Below the pieces are notes generated by a model. That model did no database searches, had not been told where the DNA came from, and saw nothing but the letters and a program-made list of their open reading frames with translations. From assembly GCA_964585315.1 (NCBI GenBank), contig CAZPDE010000002.1:1-41113 (forward strand): a stretch of 41,113 nucleotides of DNA, in the 5' to 3' direction. Position numbers and translations under genes: made by a program. Source of the stretch: an uncultured Dehalococcoidales bacterium (GTDB taxonomy: Bacteria; Chloroflexota; Dehalococcoidia; GIF9; AB-539-J10). The number at the start of each line of letters is the position of its first letter. The first letter of the stretch is position 1. This document shows, piece by piece, positions 1-7,654 of the stretch.

Positions 1-23
1 CAATCACGGTGGGGTGGAATTTG
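1..23. repeat. Edge copy of short dispersed element caatcNcggtggggtggaatttg
   Basis: 22/23 nt match to the reverse complement of 2994..3016, which heads the large intergenic repeat cluster. Confidence 0.5.
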
Positions 24-166
24 CAACCGATGTTGCATTGCAAGACCCGACCCCAAGAGTCTAATGAGTTAAAGTAGGGGACATTTCTAAAGAGTCTTGA
101 CATTGGAAGAGACTTCACCTTGACCTGTGGGAAATAACATGGTACCTTATCTTTACCGGATGAGTT

Positions 167-388
167 ATGTTTATCTATACCAGGCACGCCGAGCGGCGCA
201 TAGAGCAGCGGAGGCTTTTCAAGGCTCAAATTGAGTAGGCAGTGCTTCAACCTGGCAAGGTCTTGCCTGGCTTTAAGAAACGGAAGCTGGCGCAAAGGGG
301 GTTTTCGGGTAACATACTTGAGGTAGTCTACAGGCGGGAAGGGAATACCACGGTTATTCTTACCGCCTACTGGCTGGAGGAGGACTAA
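167..388 (+). pseudogene. DUF4258-family toxin-like gene interrupted by in-frame TAG at 236..238
   Basis: Hand translation gives MFIYTRHAERRIEQRRLFKAQIE*AVLQPGKVLPGFKKRKLAQRGFSGNILEVVYRREGNTTVILTAYWLEED. The N-terminal HAxxRxxxR and C-terminal VVY...TxY pattern fits DUF4258. The TAA stop sits 1 nt before the GTG of the DUF2283 gene. It is absent from the ORF track because the TAG splits it. Confidence 0.55.
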
Positions 389-389
389 G

Positions 390-602
390 GTGAATATCAG
401 CTTTGACGAAGAGGCAGATGCCCTGTATATCCAGTTCCAGGAGGGCAGTGTAGCCAGGACCCGTAAAATGCAGAACGGAATATTGATTGATGTTGATGAT
501 GCCGGCTGCCTCTTTGGTATAGAGATACTCGATGTCAGTGAGCGTATTCCTGCCGAGGCATTAGGCATGGTAAATACCGAGCTGCCCATCAAGTCAGTGT
601 AG
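390..602 (+). CDS. DUF2283-family protein (predicted antitoxin partner of DUF4258)
   Basis: 70-aa ORF. The stretch DEEADALYIQF...GILIDVDDAGCLFGIEILD fits the DUF2283 pattern, and it is tightly coupled to the upstream DUF4258 frame. Confidence 0.7.
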   Translation: MNISFDEEADALYIQFQEGSVARTRKMQNGILIDVDDAGCLFGIEILDVSERIPAEALGMVNTELPIKSV

Positions 603-699
603 TGTGCTGGCTGGCCACATGGGTAACACTGGGGGGGATGTTTCTTTTGCATAAACTCTGATTCAGGTACTGTAAAAAGTCTTATTGCAATGCATTTCC

Positions 700-1048
700 T
701 TATTGTGGTAACAACGCAGCCAACTTCTGGAGCACCTCCGAGATAGTCTCGGGCGGCAAGGCGCATATCAATTCTGCATTTCGAGCGCGCCAATCTAAAC
801 TTTTAACCTGGTCAGATAAGATTGCTCCCTCCACTGGCAACCCCGCAGGAATAAGAACCTCGAATGGATAGCCCTTGACCTGGCTGGTAATGGGACAAAG
901 GACAGCCAGCCCTATCTTGCCATTATAGTTTCCAGGTGAGAGCGCTACGGCAGGACGACGCACTGCTTGTTCATGTCCCGCTTGCAAGATTCAAGGTAAT
1001 CCACACCACATCCCCACTTTGAGGAACATAAGTCAGGGAACTTACCAT
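700..1048 (-). pseudogene. mazF: MazF/PemK-family toxin, frameshifted near 988
   Basis: The ATG at 1048 overlaps the mazE stop (ATGGTAA) and gives MVSSLTYVPQSGDVVWITLN, then LASGT*. The conserved continuation LQAGHEQAVRRPAVALSP...ITSQVKGYPFEV (ORF 700..987) is in another frame and is preceded by TGA. One extra nucleotide, or two missing, separates the frames. Confidence 0.6.
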
Positions 1049-1284
1049 GTTTCGTTCCCCATGGTGGGGCCGGTATCAACCTCGTGATGCAAATTTTCTT
1101 TGGTGACCTTTGCCATGAGTTGTTTAAGTGTCGGCTTTGGTTTGGCTACGGGCGTTATTACAAGTTTCCCGTTCGCCAGCGATACTTCAACAGGCGTTTC
1201 TCTCTGGAGGCCTACTTCGACAGCGAAAGACCTGGGGATACGCAAAGCAAGACTGTTCCCCCATTTCTGGACACGGGTTCTCAT
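1042..1284 (-). CDS. mazE: AbrB/MazE-family antitoxin
   Basis: MRTRVQKWGNSLALRIPRSFAVEVGL is the SpoVT/AbrB swapped-hairpin motif. The internal ATG at 1284 has a GAAGGGAGG Shine-Dalgarno sequence, so the longer 1353 start is unlikely. Confidence 0.7.
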   Translation of the reverse strand: MRTRVQKWGNSLALRIPRSFAVEVGLQRETPVEVSLANGKLVITPVAKPKPTLKQLMAKVTKENLHHEVDTGPTMGNETW

Positions 1285-1379
1285 AGCAAACCTCCCTTCA
1301 TAGTATCTACATTGAAGATACTCATTTTGCAGGTGTTTGTCAAGCTCGTGCAAGCGTCACTTTCTCAAGATACTGACTG

Positions 1380-2180
1380 CTAATTGCTGGTTACTGCCTG
1401 CTTATTCCGTCTCCGCCGCCAGGCAAAGCCTGCCAGCGCTGCCAGCCCCAAACTGCTCAGGATAATGGTGGGGAGCTCGGGGGTGGGGTATTCCGGGCAA
1501 GCGGTATCAGGGGCGGAGAGGTAGCTCCAGGCGCCGCCGACCTGGACGTTGCGAGCTAGCCACGCGTTTGTTATTTGAAGGGCGAGGTATTTTCCCGTAG
1601 GCACAGTGAAAGACTGAGAAGAGGTAGTGTAGGTAAAGGTTGTTCCCGTTCCCTCGAGGGTTGCCTGCGGTCCCCCAGAAGTAAAGCCAGTACCATCCGA
1701 GTTAGCATGACCTACATCAAGGGTGAAATTGCTTCCAGTCACAGACGAGGTAAACACCACCTGCCCCGTCCAAGTGTCATTGGGGAAGGTCACATCACAC
1801 TCCGCTGCCTCATCGGCAACCCACACCTTGGAGCCGCTACTAGGTATAGTAACCATTCCTGGTCCCTTGGTCATATCCGCCTTATACATCGGGAAGGCAG
1901 ACAGCCACCACGCCATAAGGGAGTAATTGTCGGAGGTTTGCATTATGGGATAGTTGTCTCCTGAGCCGTCAGTAGTATAAGGAATGTTCGTGTCTCCGAT
2001 GCCATCACCGGCGGTTCTGCCTTCGCTGCCGTCATCCAACCCGTCGTAGTCGCTGTAGTAGTTGCCCATGTAGTTCACATGGCTTGATTGGTAGAAATAG
2101 CAGAGCTTGGTGGGCGAGCACCAGGAGTTGGATGAGTCGGAGTAAACATTGGCTGTAGTGTTATTGCTGAAGTTATTCAA
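1380..2180 (-). CDS. C-terminal part of a secreted beta-helix surface protein with a PEP-CTERM-like tail
   Basis: Same reading frame as 2268..2951, separated only by one TAG. It ends ...PEYPTPELPTIILSSLGLAALAGFAWRRRRNKQAVTSN (hydrophobic helix plus Arg cluster). The TTG 'start' at 2180 is an internal Leu of the repeat. Confidence 0.55.
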   Translation of the reverse strand: MNNFSNNTTANVYSDSSNSWCSPTKLCYFYQSSHVNYMGNYYSDYDGLDDGSEGRTAGDGIGDTNIPYTTDGSGDNYPIMQTSDNYSLMAWWLSAFPMYKADMTKGPGMVTIPSSGSKVWVADEAAECDVTFPNDTWTGQVVFTSSVTGSNFTLDVGHANSDGTGFTSGGPQATLEGTGTTFTYTTSSQSFTVPTGKYLALQITNAWLARNVQVGGAWSYLSAPDTACPEYPTPELPTIILSSLGLAALAGFAWRRRRNKQAVTSN

Positions 2181-2267
2181 GTAGATGGTGTTGCTGCTCG
2201 AAGAATACAGGATGATGCCGTAGCTGTTCGAGCTGCAGGTGTTGCCCGAGCTGCTGGTGTTGCTCGA

Positions 2268-2951
2268 CTAATACACGAAGATGGCGGAAGTGTTCGAGCT
2301 GCAGGTATTGCACGAGACGGTGTTGCTGCTCGAAGTATACAGGTAGATGCCGTAGTAGGTGTTCGAGTCACAGGTATTGCCCGAGACGGTGTTGTTGTTG
2401 CTCGACAAATACAGGTAGATGCCGTCGTGGCTGTTCGAGTCGCAGGTATTGCCCGAGATGGTATTGTTGCTCGAAGACTCCAGGTAGATGCCGAGGTAGT
2501 TCTTGTGGGTTCCGTCCCAGCCGCAGCGGTTGTTCTGGATGGCGCAGCCGGTGCGCCCGTTAAGATATATCCCTGCTTTGCCGCTGTCGGTCGCCCCGTA
2601 GATGTCCAGCCCTTTTATGGTAACACCGTTGGCGGTTATGTTGAAGACATGACTACTTGAGCTTGCGGCCTTGACCTGCGGAGCGGTGCCATCGCTGTCA
2701 TATCTCTCAATGGTGAGGCTTTTATTCACGGTGATATTCTCGGTGTAATCATCGGTTGAGGCGTTATTATCGTCCATCACCTTGATGGTGTCGCCGCCGG
2801 TGGCTTGCCCCACTGCATAGCCGATGGTGTGCCAGGGGCTGCCAATAGACCCGTTACCAGAGTCATCATCCCCGCTGGGGCTGACATAATAGGTATCGGT
2901 AACCTCAATGGCGCTGACCGGCGCGGGCTGGACAAACAAGGCAAAAGCCAT
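2268..2951 (-). CDS. N-terminal part of a right-handed parallel beta-helix repeat protein (pectin-lyase-fold/NosD-like)
   Basis: Contains about 22-aa repeats such as ISGNTCDSNSHDGIYLYLSSNNNTVSGNTCDSNTYYGIYLY. An AGGAG Shine-Dalgarno sequence precedes the ATG. The ORF terminates at TAG 2268..2270 in the middle of a repeat unit. Confidence 0.6.
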   Translation of the reverse strand: MAFALFVQPAPVSAIEVTDTYYVSPSGDDDSGNGSIGSPWHTIGYAVGQATGGDTIKVMDDNNASTDDYTENITVNKSLTIERYDSDGTAPQVKAASSSSHVFNITANGVTIKGLDIYGATDSGKAGIYLNGRTGCAIQNNRCGWDGTHKNYLGIYLESSSNNTISGNTCDSNSHDGIYLYLSSNNNTVSGNTCDSNTYYGIYLYTSSSNTVSCNTCSSNTSAIFVY

Positions 2952-2993
2952 AACCAGCTCCTGTGGGTCAGGTCTTGCAATGCAACATCAATT

Positions 2994-3390
2994 CAAATTC
3001 CACCCCACCGAGATTGCTTCGTCCCCTTCATTTTATTCAGGGCTTCGGCTCACGTGCTCCTCGCAATGACGCCCTTCTTGTCATTACGAGCCAAAGGCGC
3101 GGCAACCTCAGGGAGGGGAAATTCACCCTCACCTTAGTTCCCTCCCCTTCACGGATAGATTCGCTTCGCTCAGAATGACAAGAAGCGAAGGGTTCAGGGC
3201 TTCGGCTCGCAACTTCGGCTCAGGGCTTTGGCTCACACGCTCAGGACTTCGCCTCACTTCCCATCGAGGGAGAGGAATTTTATACGATGCGGAAGACTAT
3301 AATGTGCCTGATGAATCAGGCAACTACAATCCTCTTCCATCGAGGGAGAGGAATTTTATACGAGATTATGCGGAAAACTATAAATGATTT
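2994..3390. repeat. Cluster of dispersed intergenic repeat modules
   Basis: Contains gagattgcttcg, ctcgcaatgac, gtcattacgag and ctcagaatgaca modules shared with six other loci. It also holds two copies of the hairpin unit ccatcgagggagaggaattttatacga (3261.., 3337..) and a partial tgcctgatgaatcaggcaactacaa hairpin (3305..3329). Confidence 0.8.
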
Positions 3391-3407
3391 GACATGGAGG
3401 TAGCTCC

Positions 3408-4673
3408 TTAAGCTTTTTTGTTCTCTTTAAGCGTTGTGGCTACTTCAGCTAAGGGAATAGCTTTCTGTTCTCCGCTCCTCATATCTCGCAATATTGCAGT
3501 TCGATTTTCAAGTTCTTGGTTGCCGATAATGATGGTGTAGATAGCGCCCAAGGCATTGGCTTGTCTTAGCTGTGCCTTCAAGCTTTTATCACCCACAGCT
3601 TGAATGACAGCAATCCCAGCCTTCCGCAGCTCGGAGGCAAGCTTTACTGCTGCAATTTTAGCTTCTTCCCCTAAACAGGCGATAAAAGCAGCAGGCGGAG
3701 GCAGAGAAGGGGCAGCTAAGTTTTGCCTTTTTAAGTTTAGTATCAGTCTCTCTATGCCAGCAGCGAAACCAACTGCGGGGGTAGGCTTTCCTCCTAACTC
3801 CTCGATGAGGTTGTCATAGCGACCGCCCCCGCCGAGTGCGCTCTGTTGTCCTCCTTCCTCTTGGGGTTCAATCTCGAATACAGTCCTGGTATAGTAATCC
3901 AAGCCACGCACCAATCTATGATTTAGTTGGAAAGGAATACCCAGCGCTCCTAAGTATTTCTGCACGCTTTGGAAATGCGATTGACATTCATGACACAGGT
4001 AATCTGTGGTTTTTGGCGCTGTCTCAGCTATCTTCTGGCACGAGGCTTTTTTGCAATCAAGCAGCCGTAAAGGGTTTTTGACTAACCTAACTTTACAGTC
4101 GGGGCAAAGCTGCTCGGTATAATCTGAATAATGCTGCTTCAGCGCTTCGACATACTCAGGTTGGCAAAGCTTACAACCGATGCTATTAAGTTTGATGGAG
4201 AATTGAGAAAGGCCTAAGGAAAAGAAGAATTGCTGCGCCATTTCTATTACCTCGGCATCGAGTGCGGGGTCGGCATCACCTATAGCTTCGAAGCCGAATT
4301 GGTGATGCTGGCGATAGCGTCCAGCCTGAGGACGTTCATACCTGAAAGCAGGACCAATATAGTAAAGCTTTACCGGTTGAGGTAAGTTAAACAATCCATG
4401 CTCAAGGTAAGCTCGGCAAACTGGCGCCGTTCCTTCCGCCCTTAGAGCCAGTTTTTGCCCTTTTCTATCTTCGAAGATATACATTTCCTTGTCAACAAGG
4501 TCTGTTCCTCCAGCCACAGCGTGGGCGAATAGCTGGAAGTCTTCAAATATCGGCGTAGTGAGAGGCTGATAGCCATAAAGCTGACATAGAGAAGCAACTT
4601 TGTCTTCCACATATTTCCAGTAGGTCTGCTCTTGCGGCAGAATGTCGAATGTGCCCCGAGGCGCTTTATACAA
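3408..4673 (-). CDS. hisS: Histidine--tRNA ligase
   Basis: 421 aa. It has the PRGTFDILP N-terminus, FRYERPQAGRYRQHHQFG (class II motif 2 region), GGGGRYDNL, and a C-terminal anticodon-binding-like domain. Confidence 0.92.
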   Translation of the reverse strand: MYKAPRGTFDILPQEQTYWKYVEDKVASLCQLYGYQPLTTPIFEDFQLFAHAVAGGTDLVDKEMYIFEDRKGQKLALRAEGTAPVCRAYLEHGLFNLPQPVKLYYIGPAFRYERPQAGRYRQHHQFGFEAIGDADPALDAEVIEMAQQFFFSLGLSQFSIKLNSIGCKLCQPEYVEALKQHYSDYTEQLCPDCKVRLVKNPLRLLDCKKASCQKIAETAPKTTDYLCHECQSHFQSVQKYLGALGIPFQLNHRLVRGLDYYTRTVFEIEPQEEGGQQSALGGGGRYDNLIEELGGKPTPAVGFAAGIERLILNLKRQNLAAPSLPPPAAFIACLGEEAKIAAVKLASELRKAGIAVIQAVGDKSLKAQLRQANALGAIYTIIIGNQELENRTAILRDMRSGEQKAIPLAEVATTLKENKKA

Positions 4674-4740
4674 GGAAAACCTCTCTTTCGTAGTTTTTAT
4701 TTAGTTTACCACATTTGTTAAGAAGTCGTTTAGCACCCCG

Positions 4741-4842
4741 ATTGTCATTCTGAGCGTGTGAGCCGAAGCCCTGAGCCCTTCGCTTGCCTCTTCAGTTCCT
4801 CTCAATCGTCAAGACTCAGAGCTGCGGCTCAGGGTGACATCA
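4741..4842. repeat. Copy of the gtcattctgagcg/ctcagggtgac repeat family
   Basis: Modules attgtcattctgagcg...gagccgaagccctgagcccttcgct...ctcagggtgac are shared with 3003-3260, 11226-11481, 16968-17058, 19320-19485 and 37691-37815. Confidence 0.75.
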
Positions 4843-4872
4843 AAATAAACAATCTTAAAGCCCCAGCGCAAT

Positions 4873-4900
4873 TGACAATTTTTGTCTACTTGTTTAATAT
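4873..4900 (+). promoter_or_regulatory. Candidate sigma70-type promoter for the Rrf2/Fe-S gene block
   Basis: TTGACA (4873..4878), a 16-nt spacer, then TAATAT (4895..4900), about 40 nt upstream of the ATG at 4940. Confidence 0.4.
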
Positions 4901-4939
4901 CACCATTGAGATAAACTTGGTAATAAAGGATGAATAGCT

Positions 4940-5395
4940 ATGAGAATCTCTACTAAAGGACGCTACGGAACAATGGCAATGCTTGATTTGGCTCTTCATT
5001 ATGGGGAGGGACCTATCATGGTAAAGGATATCGCCAGAAGGCAACATATTTCTGAGCGATATTTGGAGCACTTACTTATTTCACTCAAAGTGTCAGGGAT
5101 GGTAAGGAGCGCTCGTGGAACACATGGTGGATTTACTCTGGCTAAACCACCTTCCCAAATAAAGTTCAGCGAAATTATTCAGGTTACGGAAGGGTCTATG
5201 GCTCCAACGGAATGTGTCGATAATCCCGAGACATATCCACGAGCAGCCCTTTGCGCCGTTTATGATGTCTGGGTGGAGGTGAAAGCGGCGATAAACGGCA
5301 TACTAGAATCCACAACTCTACAGGATTTGCTTGAGCGGCAAAGTAGGAAGGAGGCAATTGCTGGTTATAAAGCCGAAGAGGCAGAATGCTGCTAA
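4940..5395 (+). CDS. Rrf2-family transcriptional regulator (IscR-like)
   Basis: MRISTKGRYGTMAMLDLALHYGEGPIMVKDIARRQHISERYLEHLL is the Rrf2 winged-helix signature. It sits in an Fe-S assembly context. Confidence 0.85.
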   Translation: MRISTKGRYGTMAMLDLALHYGEGPIMVKDIARRQHISERYLEHLLISLKVSGMVRSARGTHGGFTLAKPPSQIKFSEIIQVTEGSMAPTECVDNPETYPRAALCAVYDVWVEVKAAINGILESTTLQDLLERQSRKEAIAGYKAEEAECC

Positions 5396-5460
5396 GGTCA
5401 CCCCAAAAGGGGGGTTTTGCCGGAGATGAAATGGCATTAATAAAAAGAAGGAGGTAGAAC

Positions 5461-5679
5461 ATGCGAGAAAAGGTAGAAGCAGCCCTGGCTCAAATAAGAC
5501 CTGCTTTGATGGCAGACGGAGGTGGTGTTGAGTTAGTGGATGTGAATGAAGGTGTGGTCACAGTGAGACTGATAGGTGCTTGCGGCGGCTGCCCTATGGC
5601 AGCTATGACCTTGCAGCATGGAATCGAGCGGGTGCTTAAGGAACAGGTGCCTGAGGTTAAGGAAGTGATTGCTGTTTAG
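5461..5679 (+). CDS. NifU C-terminal-domain (Nfu-type) Fe-S cluster protein
   Basis: 72 aa with IRPALMADGGGVELVDV...GACGGCPMA (CxxC) as in Nfu/NifU-C. Confidence 0.8.
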   Translation: MREKVEAALAQIRPALMADGGGVELVDVNEGVVTVRLIGACGGCPMAAMTLQHGIERVLKEQVPEVKEVIAV

Positions 5680-5687
5680 GGGTTAAA

Positions 5688-5939
5688 ATGCAAAAGCCGA
5701 CCTTTATTTGCCACTCCTGTGGTAAAAGGCTGAAGTATGCCACAGGAGAGCGACCTTGCGAGATGCTCAGCGGCTGGCTCACGGTTTCTCAATGGAAAGG
5801 GCTTGGGACAGTTGAGCATTATAGTTTCTGCTCCTTCACTTGCCTTAAAGGATGGGCGGATGCCCAGGTTCCTAAAATCCCCGAACCATTCCTGAAAGCC
5901 TTTGAGGAAGGAAAGGGAGACAAAAATGCCTATTTATGA
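5688..5939 (+). CDS. Hypothetical Cys-rich small protein
   Basis: 83-aa ORF with a CHSC pair and further Cys residues. No family recognised. Its 3' end overlaps the next gene. Confidence 0.4.
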   Translation: MQKPTFICHSCGKRLKYATGERPCEMLSGWLTVSQWKGLGTVEHYSFCSFTCLKGWADAQVPKIPEPFLKAFEEGKGDKNAYL

Positions 5940-6162
5940 ATACTTTTGTCCTCAGTGTAATTTTAAGTTTGAATTGCTTCGCTCTTTAAGCCAGCCTAGC
6001 CAAAACGCTCCTTGTCCTCATTGCTATAATGACGCTGAACGAGTATTCTCTTCTTTTGCTTCTCCTTCTAACCACGCTGAAGAGGTATCTTCCCCAATTG
6101 GTGGAAGCTCCTCTTGCAGCACATGCTCCGCTATGAATTGTGCTGCTTGTAGGGGATTTTGA
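5926..6162 (+). CDS. FmdB-family zinc-ribbon protein
   Basis: MPIYEYFCPQCNFKFELL...CPHC is the FmdB regulatory zinc-ribbon signature. An AAGGGAG Shine-Dalgarno sequence precedes the ATG at 5926, so the upstream ATG at 5902 is less likely. Confidence 0.75.
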   Translation: MPIYEYFCPQCNFKFELLRSLSQPSQNAPCPHCYNDAERVFSSFASPSNHAEEVSSPIGGSSSCSTCSAMNCAACRGF

Positions 6163-6644
6163 TAATTATGAAACATTCGCTGAAAGTAGGATTTAGTTTT
6201 GGTCTAACCTCTGGAATAATCACAACGCTTGGGCTAATGATTGGCTTATATTCTGGCACCCACTCAAAACTCGCTGTTCTTGGCGGTATATTAACAATAG
6301 CTATAGCAGATGCAATTTCAGATGCATTGGGTATTCATATTTCTGAAGAATCTGAAAATAAACATACTGCAAAAGAAATATGGGAATCAACAATTTCTAC
6401 CTTTTTCTCTAAGTTTATTTTTGCATCAACATTTATTATTCCAGTCTTGTTATTTGAACTTTCAACAGCAATTGTGGTAAGCATAATTTGGGGCTTATCC
6501 CTGCTAAGTATCCTCAGTTTTAGTATCGCTAAGAAACAAAAAGGGAAACCTTGGAAAGCAGTTGCAGAGCACTTGATTATTGCAGTGGTAGTTATAGTTG
6601 TGACATATTATGTTGGTGATTGGGTCGGGGCAACTTTTGGTTAG
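6159..6644 (+). CDS. VIT1/CCC1-like membrane protein (short form)
   Basis: Multi-pass hydrophobic ORF. GLTSGIITTLGLMIG...GGILTIAIADAISDALGIHISEESE resembles the VIT-family core. It is adjacent to Fe-S genes. Confidence 0.5.
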   Translation: MIIMKHSLKVGFSFGLTSGIITTLGLMIGLYSGTHSKLAVLGGILTIAIADAISDALGIHISEESENKHTAKEIWESTISTFFSKFIFASTFIIPVLLFELSTAIVVSIIWGLSLLSILSFSIAKKQKGKPWKAVAEHLIIAVVVIVVTYYVGDWVGATFG

Positions 6645-6741
6645 GCGCCCCTTACACAACAGCAGATAAAAGGCAAGCTATGTCGGGAATGCTAGCTAAA
6701 CTTTAAAGCGCCGGCAGCAAACTTAAAGAGAGACGAGACAA

Positions 6742-7470
6742 ATGCTAGAAATAAAAAACCTCAAACTAACGCTTAATGGTAAGCCGGTAATCGATGATTT
6801 AAGTTTGGAAGTGAAGGGAGGGAAGATACACGGCTTGTTGGGGGTAAATGGAACCGGAAAGACAACCCTGGCTAGCTTAATAATGGGGATAAGTTACCCC
6901 GATGCGGGGAGCATAATAGTTGAGGGTCGAGATATCACACGGTGCACCATTTCAGAGAGAGCAAAAATGGGGATAACCCTGGCATGGCAGGAGCCAGCGA
7001 GGTTTGAAGGACTTAGCATAAAGGAGTATCTGAACTTAAATAGAGATTTGAGTTTAAGTGAGATTGAAAATTACCTCTGGATGGTTGGACTTCCTCCGAC
7101 GGAGTATCTAAATCGAGCCGTCGATGTAACTCTAAGCGGAGGGGAGAGGAAAAGGGTGGAACTTGCTTCTGTCCTGGCAATGAAGCCGAAAGTAGCTATT
7201 TTAGATGAGCCCGATTCCGGCATAGATGTAATCTCACTGCCCCATATCATAAATGGAATAACTGAAATGAGTAAACAAGGTTCGGGAGTGCTCTTAATCA
7301 CACATAGCGAGGAGGTAGTGAGTGTAGCCGATGAAGTGTCGGTAATGTGTGCCGGGAAAGTAATCAATACCGGACTACCTGAGGAAATGTGTCAGTGGTT
7401 TAAGAATAATTGTCAAACATGTAACCACATCGGCACGCCAGATTATAAAACAAGCACTGAATATGAATAA
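6742..7470 (+). CDS. sufC: SufC-like Fe-S assembly ATPase
   Basis: Walker A GVNGTGKTT, signature LSGGERKRVE, Walker B ILDEPDSGID, and ITHS. It directly precedes a SufB/D-like gene. The Cys-rich tail CQWFKNNCQTCNH is unusual. Confidence 0.8.
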   Translation: MLEIKNLKLTLNGKPVIDDLSLEVKGGKIHGLLGVNGTGKTTLASLIMGISYPDAGSIIVEGRDITRCTISERAKMGITLAWQEPARFEGLSIKEYLNLNRDLSLSEIENYLWMVGLPPTEYLNRAVDVTLSGGERKRVELASVLAMKPKVAILDEPDSGIDVISLPHIINGITEMSKQGSGVLLITHSEEVVSVADEVSVMCAGKVINTGLPEEMCQWFKNNCQTCNHIGTPDYKTSTEYE

Positions 7471-7487
7471 GCTCTAAACAAACCCGA

Positions 7488-7645
7488 AGATTAAAAATCA
7501 AAGATAAAACATCAAAATGACAAATCAAAACTCAAAAATTTTTACTTTTGCCTTGTATTTTTTCATTTTGCATTTTAATCTTTTATTTAGCTTGGCTCTG
7601 TCATTTTGCATTTTTATTTTTGCCTTTTGCATTTCAAAGAGGGGA
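7488..7645. repeat. AT-rich dispersed repeat (inverted partner at 18185..18320)
   Basis: Blocks caaaatgacaaatcaaaactcaaaa and gctctgtcattttgcattttt recur in reverse complement at 18185..18320. Confidence 0.65.
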
Positions 7646-7654
7646 GCTTAAGAA

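Noticed and set aside
1084-1964. Plus-strand ORFs 1084..1383, 1100..1303, 1575..1964 and 1723..1926
   Set aside because: They are antisense to the well-supported mazE gene and beta-helix protein gene, and no motifs were recognised.
236-2270. Genetic-code reassignment or pyrrolysine decoding of TAG
   Set aside because: TAG terminates at least six well-supported genes in the window at positions consistent with full-length products, and no pyl genes or suppressor tRNA are visible. The sites are kept only as a low-probability read-through note in the findings.
2177-2980. ORFs 2177..2371 (-), 2427..2660 (+), 2777..2980 (-), 2805..3137 (+) and 2963..3178 (+)
   Set aside because: These are alternative-frame or antisense ORFs within the beta-helix repeat gene, or they read through the intergenic repeat cluster. 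Their translations are low-complexity (Ala/Arg/Pro/Thr-rich) with no start context.
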